Origin: a virus
IMG/VR virus record: IMGVR_UViG_3300020473_002010
Span: 5,737 to 69,736 of that record
Strand: one strand, 5' to 3'
Length of the DNA: 64,000 nucleotides
Shown: positions 60,701 through 64,000 of the stretch, piece after piece
Layout: each line of letters opens with the position of its first letter
How positions within the stretch are numbered: position 1 is the stretch's first letter
Made by a program: the position numbers and the translations under genes
Notes under the pieces: generated by a model
Database searches by the model: none
What the model was told of the DNA's origin: nothing
The model's input: only the letters and a program-made list of their open reading frames with translations

Positions 60701-63006
60701 AATTCGCCCCGGGCCCAGGATTGTTCCGAGCCTCTTTCGGCCCGAACCAAAATTTCGCAAGTCAGTGGGCCCAGCCTGTCGCAAAAGCACCCCCAAACTT
60801 GGCACTTTTTGATGGCCGAATGATAATGTCAGGTGTCGGCGCCACCGACTACACTCTCGGTCTAACCGAGAGACCACGTGGCATGACAGCAGCTGAGTGG
60901 TCAAAAGCATATACACCTATTGTATCTGCATCGCTGTCAACAGATGAACCAACGACAAGCCTGTACCTTTTGATGCCAGGTGATGAAATCGTGCTCGGAT
61001 TCCAGCCCTCCCTACACGGTTCGAACAGAGGAAATAACACAATCCCTGCGAACCCTAATGTCAATCCTTATGGACCATGGCGTGATGGTATTGTAGACCG
61101 TCAAGGAATTCCTACCGGCTCCGCGTATAATCCGGAGTATGATTACTATCAGGGTGGTGGTACAGCTCGTCCAGAGCTTATTGACTCCCGTGGACAAGGG
61201 GGCTATGCCCTCCGCCGCGGTCCTAACAAAATTGTTCCTGATGGCACGGCAATCGGAAGAAGCGCAAATAACGCCAACATGGAAACGTTGTATGAGCCCC
61301 GGAGTTCATTTACGATTAAGAAATCAGCAGGTGCAAAGCTTGTGTTATACGGTACGCTTCTTCGTAATAAAAAGCACGTACCCCCACAATCGAACTTGTC
61401 TAGTCAAAATACAGCAGCTATTCATGAAGCGATTATGGGGAAACCCATAACAGACCAGTATCAGATTGCAACACGATCCGAGCTTTCCGGCAGTTACATT
61501 GCTAGGTTGTGCACTGGCTCGATTCTTTTACACCAGAGAAACGCTCACGCGATGGGACTACCGATTTTTGGTTCTGATGGTAACGGGGCTGATGGACCGT
61601 TTTCTCCATACAACCCAAGCGCGTCAGGATCTTTTGTACCGCTTGGTGGTCCGTGGTGGTTACCGATCAATCAACCCGGGAACACGAATGTTGCCCAAAA
61701 CGCGGGCAACGGCGAGAGAGGTATTTACCGACCTAACATGCGATTTAACACCCGCGTCTGGAAGGGCCTGGGTGGACCAAACCAGCCTGGTTGGACTAAA
61801 ACAGATCAATCGGTACCTCCCGGTGTCTCCGCCAACCAATCCATATACTGGCCAATAGCGCCTAACTCTGCGGCATTCTCGATGGGAATATCCGGGTCAG
61901 TCCAGCGCTTTGTTCGCCTTAGCGATGATAGCGAATTCTATTATGATAGCTTGATTCCAAACCCCACCCGCATGTTTGATATTGATTTAGACATGTCTGG
62001 CTCGGCCCTGACAAATGCAACGTATGACCACGTCAAGGAGGTCCCTATACAAACATGGCGCTCCGCGAAGTGGTCCATGTTTAACATCGGTCGTTCAGCG
62101 TTTGGATCCGATGACGGCACCCTCGAAGACTTGCCAAACCACACCGCGTTCAATCCGTACTGGAACCCGTCGTTTCCGTTCGAAGAGCGATATAAGAATG
62201 TAAGGCGCTTGACGAATATGGGTCCGTCGATGGGTACGACAGGATCTGCTCCAATCGTATTGATACAGCAGAGGGTAAGCGGAACTCTATATCATTCACC
62301 TCAGAACGAGGCTGCAAAACCACGTGCTCGGACAGTTGCTACATCGACCGCCCGGGTCGCAATGGAGGGGGGCGGTTTCGCCACTTACCCCGCCATTCTT
62401 GGTAGAGCACGAGAGTATTGGAACACTGGTAACAACGTCTCCACCGCCCAAAATATGGTCAGAGCTGGCTTCTCCGAACGTGGTGCGACCATATTATCAC
62501 AAATCGCTCTTTTTGGCTTCTGGAAGACAAGGCACGGTGATGGACCTCCATTACCTACTTTGGGTTTTGGCGCGCAATACGGAGATTGGGGCGGGACGGG
62601 TTTAACGAATTATGGAATAATCGATCATCCGTCTGGCTGGAAATATGGTTTGATGAATTACAAAAAGACAGCATCGTCCGCTGTCTTCAGGAGTGACCGG
62701 TACGGTCAATTAAGGGATATGCTTGAGCAAAGACAGTACACCAAATTCTGGGACGCCGGCGATGAGACAAATCCTTCGGGTATCCAAGAGCCGTCAGTGT
62801 CTTGTATCTTCGTTGACGGCGACGGCAATCCGCTGACCGAACCCAGACTCACTACTTGCTTTAACGTTAGTTCTGAAATGACATCATCAGTACCATATAA
62901 AGAGGGGGTAACAGCTCGTGCCTTCCTATTTAGTAGTGAGACAGTTAGTATTACTCCTCTTGTACAATCGTTCGCGGCTTCGCCGTTCCTTACCGGGATT
63001 GATTAA
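54739..63006 (+). CDS. Giant virion-associated protein (2755 aa), N-terminal LamG-like region
   Basis: Uninterrupted 8.3 kb ORF; LAEFACWAGALNDD LamG-type motif; G/S/T/P/W-rich; within the structural operon. Confidence 0.7.
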   Translation: MRINNKTFVPDLASDSVQGTPGKGKVRLTKFESVRNTNDMVSVSSPKLVSNVRFNQFGKAPGNSQLIDRADSSNLWNFRRGIENDAGNSAIESGVLVGMNNRQKIYKSPAITQINFEGSDAKMHAEYVQQALSLGRVKLPQRCFVQLDDASSMSPSNLGPNSSGGAGAVYGNYDGQTYMFRVMVDSGRQTASHRRDKCAFAIAGAAGHNIYASQTAMQMNIVGAPSAAAPYDSASSTVAVEFMLLDANGTAYTLSTAAGSYGLVEDEWYTVFLRFALPFDNTTNNNVLRQEIQIFSMKTGAQVATATNDTTAFIGFRTLTGTPRAIIGYGEDGGGVNTDYTLNDFIEGVNLAEFACWAGALNDDTIKSIAKAHLLENPYKSGLDNRPVKRVQQIFDSMDAFPAQTKTTGKRLDRSQDPYNSMIEKNFGLIEPMVYPEMIPARLYSGSGGYFGGKRLQTDANPNKALGYGSSYFPYLFGSGTQEGFFPSTKYMRGTLHEVPLKDGQFKDIMSTPFEWRLVTTGAQYPGVAHRETEILNKISVKGYGTGIGQSLSGALDAALGGHISPFDDNAAPPNAEAINEIATPESVIEGLNQRLGDIVRIEIPIPTIEDAVMGVDAAQGRIASMAYYNFETQKWDRKFMPGISGSNVRSVNTLNGTGGPSEVSNNFWNDARDFLLHSCSIGFGGTAGFSIFTDERERALMDLPTRGRPTSMYGFPHLDQYEGASGQTLKISDYIDEPFLLQKIAVEFEGEVEEAGPASIATTIRTPRRWRAARQWYRYNTYQPATPGSLVFAETLKQSGIPGMSMFYRSMNVSLTRTGSVGGRRRPNMIDITRKGVNLGLSWVGGETLQNGLNPSLSGDNDAGLLGYPQLSQLTSQAHMNPYPTFVGGSTRPAIADFSYAYQELLAYAGGWQNYNWEHVSLAAKTDKKGFPKSEDRLFAVQDTTNAASSFSGVGLSQFRGMTATGYTSAAASDVNPVGNVAVPSKFPDFLTSTTGYYSSNPSVMMYYNIPAGVFLPQIERAPSTDADLGWARGRRDGVEVGGAVKLLFGGISGLVTGSYTPNQLAIHNYFSSGSDPRGDGPRSNRFVDRTDGWRKPFWECRNYVTFVDSFTITSGGVMHSTAGKWRAQSPSALPHMYDSGSGLPSTLPSDVAPDTTGGAPFWRCDTFFLLHQKKGKARFVGGQAEIVSAPAKDSFERLSGRTTSTGVDKRVNAALSIGQWKLYNNGTILPGWQAGTNDKNGPSPGFAVDAGEQSSTLEQAFSDGLGPWIGTQNTASPTGNTMLQITERNRRIDLQETSQEFLGSSRTTHRELITYAQITHFGYAATEAVVPGAIIPPENYYVSSSAAEGNQPTSGREFDGTSGTGKDAAGRLLPVTRSFYSQAIKLGATNSSWVMTGYNKQQLLRWSRLGAGSRSRWNSASRLYAGEANNNPLYTTSSDQYKTNYMATYMPADQRTQRGIVGEHLGADNLIETGSVGNPMFLDPGAGSGNGNFWRFSEYDVFGDATTNSSAEYLTGKPFMRQYRWSQWMENPVYGGSRASHCDTAANPSFVQFGPGDWNTGDAKLIFDDAADSVGEVASYNQIPEFKPGGYPVASGSKITGGKSNFMNIDWRYQCGVHYNSAMDTAPIGLAPGPRYRTNEGADAWLSTDPWTNSMPGLGKWWAVGGRALRGVNNAAGVWPTGSNFIGSMVSSASQPWHGTAITRTGFSIITSPTTPVPSGSHPDLATFGSFHTPGKIWFGGRRYSGVGGYIGAGISTALNAHARDRYFTSSNPIKVPSWLDAGLSRDLDIEVGWKFTHAAKEVGDGVAGFTILTASTVFPPGDLAGRFNGDHKLRATFKERRLLNAGNFRVVADIKSQPAAAVDSAALFCFTAPAERQYLVGTGSVPFGGLYVETAQTTPTTRTFQQLSFGDNARFSNDRIWWRAHAIDGGYIGNTTAKEWTTLLGEDPQLSSPRRYVAAVGGNKPINKVNLSSSVRAMLPTQIPQFAPGPGLFRASFGPNQNFASQWAQPVAKAPPNLALFDGRMIMSGVGATDYTLGLTERPRGMTAAEWSKAYTPIVSASLSTDEPTTSLYLLMPGDEIVLGFQPSLHGSNRGNNTIPANPNVNPYGPWRDGIVDRQGIPTGSAYNPEYDYYQGGGTARPELIDSRGQGGYALRRGPNKIVPDGTAIGRSANNANMETLYEPRSSFTIKKSAGAKLVLYGTLLRNKKHVPPQSNLSSQNTAAIHEAIMGKPITDQYQIATRSELSGSYIARLCTGSILLHQRNAHAMGLPIFGSDGNGADGPFSPYNPSASGSFVPLGGPWWLPINQPGNTNVAQNAGNGERGIYRPNMRFNTRVWKGLGGPNQPGWTKTDQSVPPGVSANQSIYWPIAPNSAAFSMGISGSVQRFVRLSDDSEFYYDSLIPNPTRMFDIDLDMSGSALTNATYDHVKEVPIQTWRSAKWSMFNIGRSAFGSDDGTLEDLPNHTAFNPYWNPSFPFEERYKNVRRLTNMGPSMGTTGSAPIVLIQQRVSGTLYHSPQNEAAKPRARTVATSTARVAMEGGGFATYPAILGRAREYWNTGNNVSTAQNMVRAGFSERGATILSQIALFGFWKTRHGDGPPLPTLGFGAQYGDWGGTGLTNYGIIDHPSGWKYGLMNYKKTASSAVFRSDRYGQLRDMLEQRQYTKFWDAGDETNPSGIQEPSVSCIFVDGDGNPLTEPRLTTCFNVSSEMTSSVPYKEGVTARAFLFSSETVSITPLVQSFAASPFLTGID

Positions 63007-63024
63007 GGGGACAGTGAGTGGTGA

Positions 63025-64000
63025 ATGGCAAACCAGAGCAGAACAGATTTAAGAAAGACTGATTTTCTTGTAATTCGATCAAAGCGCGATAATAGTATCG
63101 TAAAGATCATTACACCTCAGCACTTTCAGGTAGGCCTCGCCGGCGACAACGCTGCTGACACAGATTTCCGTACGTCAATGGTCGTTTATGGAAACATCAA
63201 CGCGGCATCATTCATTGCTAGTAATACTTACGTAACTGCCAGCCAGCACGTAGGCGCTAGAGACGGAAATTTTGAGTACTTAACAGGGTCTCTAACCACC
63301 CTTGCGGACGGTACCGCATATCTCCGCGCTGGTACCAACATATCAATAGACTCTGGGTCTGTAGGAAGTCCCACTGATTATGTAACTATTTCTGCGACAT
63401 CCCTCTCTAACGAACCATTGATTTTCAATGGCAGCAAGGGTATAGAGTCGACGCTAGCGCAAGAAGGGACGTACTATAATGGGACAGCACCTCGAGAGTT
63501 AAAAGTAAAGCTTGAAAGTAACGGTGGTCTAGCGATCAAAACCTTCGTTGATACCGGTGAGGGAACCATTGGCGGTGGCCTGCAATTAGATCTCTCGAAT
63601 CTCCCAACAGGAGATCCTGCGCTGAATGACTTACTGCTCTTCGGCGATAACGACGGCAAGGGTGGATACCCACCAAAGTTTGCTAGCATTTCTTCAGTTT
63701 TGTCGCTTGGTACATCGGCCACGTTAGCTAATAAGCTCACTTTTGGCCAAGGACTTCAAACCGATGTTCAAAATGCTACCGATGACGGAAGGTACGATAA
63801 TTCAGTACCGATTACTGTGCTTATCGCTACAGCCTCCGCAGGTGGTTTAGAGATTGATGCAGATGACTCGCTAAAGATAAAATTGGATGGTAGCTCTCTT
63901 GCGTTATCCGCAGCAGGCATAAGCTTTAACCAGCTTGCGGGTTCGCTTACACAAGGTACAGGAATATCTACATTCACTTATGATGGAAGCGGCGCCGCCA
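63025..64000 (+). CDS. Fibre-like structural protein, 3'-truncated by the window edge (missing from the ORF track)
   Basis: ATG 63025 opens MANQSRTDLRKTDFLVIRS...LTGSLTTLADGTAYLRAGTNISIDSGS...LTQGTGISTFTYDGSGAA, with no stop before base 64000. Confidence 0.8.
   Translation, partial: MANQSRTDLRKTDFLVIRSKRDNSIVKIITPQHFQVGLAGDNAADTDFRTSMVVYGNINAASFIASNTYVTASQHVGARDGNFEYLTGSLTTLADGTAYLRAGTNISIDSGSVGSPTDYVTISATSLSNEPLIFNGSKGIESTLAQEGTYYNGTAPRELKVKLESNGGLAIKTFVDTGEGTIGGGLQLDLSNLPTGDPALNDLLLFGDNDGKGGYPPKFASISSVLSLGTSATLANKLTFGQGLQTDVQNATDDGRYDNSVPITVLIATASAGGLEIDADDSLKIKLDGSSLALSAAGISFNQLAGSLTQGTGISTFTYDGSGAA

Noticed and set aside
55406-62605. Many 60-130 aa alternative-frame and antisense ORFs inside the giant gene (and similar ones in other long genes)
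   Set aside because: Expected by chance in more GC-rich coding DNA; none shows a recognisable motif or convincing RBS.
1-64000. Stop-codon reassignment, as in some large phages
   Set aside because: TAA, TAG and TGA all end genes at family-typical C-termini, and coding density is already near complete under code 11.
1-64000. tRNA/rRNA genes, integrase, transposase, introns, inteins, diversity-generating retroelement
   Set aside because: Intergenic gaps are too short or lack cloverleaf motifs. No reverse transcriptase, recombinase, homing endonuclease or TR/VR pair was recognised by eye.

Overview
This window looks like part of a large (jumbo-type) tailed phage genome with a contractile, T4-like baseplate, rather than a bacterial chromosome. 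All credible genes but one are on the + strand, tightly packed with overlapping start/stop codons and GGAG/AGGA ribosome-binding sites, in standard code 11. There are five blocks. (1) 1-9.7 kb, host-like regulatory genes: YeaH(vWA)-SpoVR-PrkA/YeaG, a SET-domain methyltransferase, a degenerate GroEL-like protein, a YkuK-type RNase H-fold protein, an Hc1-type histone H1-like protein, a small Cys-rich sigma-70 region-4 protein (the only minus-strand gene) and PIN-PhoH. (2) 9.7-19.2 kb, two small ORFs and two large fibre-like proteins. (3) 19.4-41.6 kb, a ~22 kb glycosylation island: about 13 glycosyltransferase-like genes including a GT6, three methyltransferases, GmhA/HddA/HAD heptose enzymes, two epimerases, a StrG-like oxygenase, Fcl, Gmd and an embedded Cas4-like nuclease, with no flippase, polymerase or exporter. 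(4) 41.6-43 kb, a phage sigma-like gene and neighbours. (5) 43-64 kb, baseplate hub/wedge genes and very large LamG-containing virion proteins. The strongest leads are: a phage SET methylase near an Hc1-like protein beside a PrkA/YeaH/SpoVR module; possible cytoplasmic virion glycosylation paired with pervasive (S/T)-(G/A)-S motifs in structural proteins; a candidate late promoter ATATTTAG; and an origin-like divergent-promoter region at 19.2-19.35 kb. All family calls come from motif recognition by eye; no database searches were run.
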